Assembly (NCBI RefSeq): GCF_006345805.1
Contig: NC_043000.1
Coordinates: 154,070,001-154,134,000 of the forward strand
Direction of reading: 5' to 3'
DNA length: 64,000 nt
DNA from: Octopus sinensis
Lineage: Eukaryota
Shown here: positions 63,802 through 64,000 of the stretch, in pieces
Layout of the letters: each line of letters opens with the position of its first letter
How positions within the stretch are numbered: the stretch's first letter is position 1
Notes under the pieces: model-generated
The model's input: only the letters and a program-made list of their open reading frames with translations
Databases searched by the model: none
What the model was told of the DNA's origin: nothing
Made by a program: the position numbers and the translations under genes

Positions 63802-64000
63802 TAACATGCCAAGTATCTCCAATCAATCTTTCGTGCTTAGTTCATACGTCAGATCTGTTTTAAAAAGCAGAACGCTGGACTATGAAAAAACATGAGGAAA
63901 AAAAAAACGAAAAAATAATTGCAAAGAAGGTTGATGCAAAAAGTGGGACGAGAAGAAAGAAATGAGTTTCGTCCTCTTTGACTGTAGAAACCATGATTAA

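Overview
Repeat-saturated, AT-rich animal genomic DNA. The SINE families and overall repeat mix look like a cephalopod, most likely Octopus (inferred from repeat content, not a database match). No complete protein-coding gene is visible, and almost all long ORFs in the track are translated microsatellites. The window holds about 13 CORE-type tRNA-SINEs, about 11 Deu/Nin-domain-like SINEs (one tetramer, one dimer) and 4 copies of a young ~385-bp tRNA-SINE. It also holds fragments of CR1, R4/Dong and RTE LINEs, mariner and pogo relics, non-autonomous Helitrons, a Helentron-type element, MITEs, a degenerate (TTAGGG)n tract and many microsatellites. The most notable signals are: (1) several unrelated type-I hammerhead ribozyme motifs in Penelope-like modules, two with intact catalytic cores, plus a Penelope 5' end whose pLTR combines a tRNA-like pol III head with a hammerhead overlapping the ORF; (2) a SINE that may insert into its own GGTA motif to build tandem arrays; (3) a covarying 3' stem-loop linking the main SINE to CR1 LINEs; (4) RTE LINEs with tandem C2H2 zinc-finger tails; (5) several long fold-backs. 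Two possible minus-strand host exons are weakly supported.
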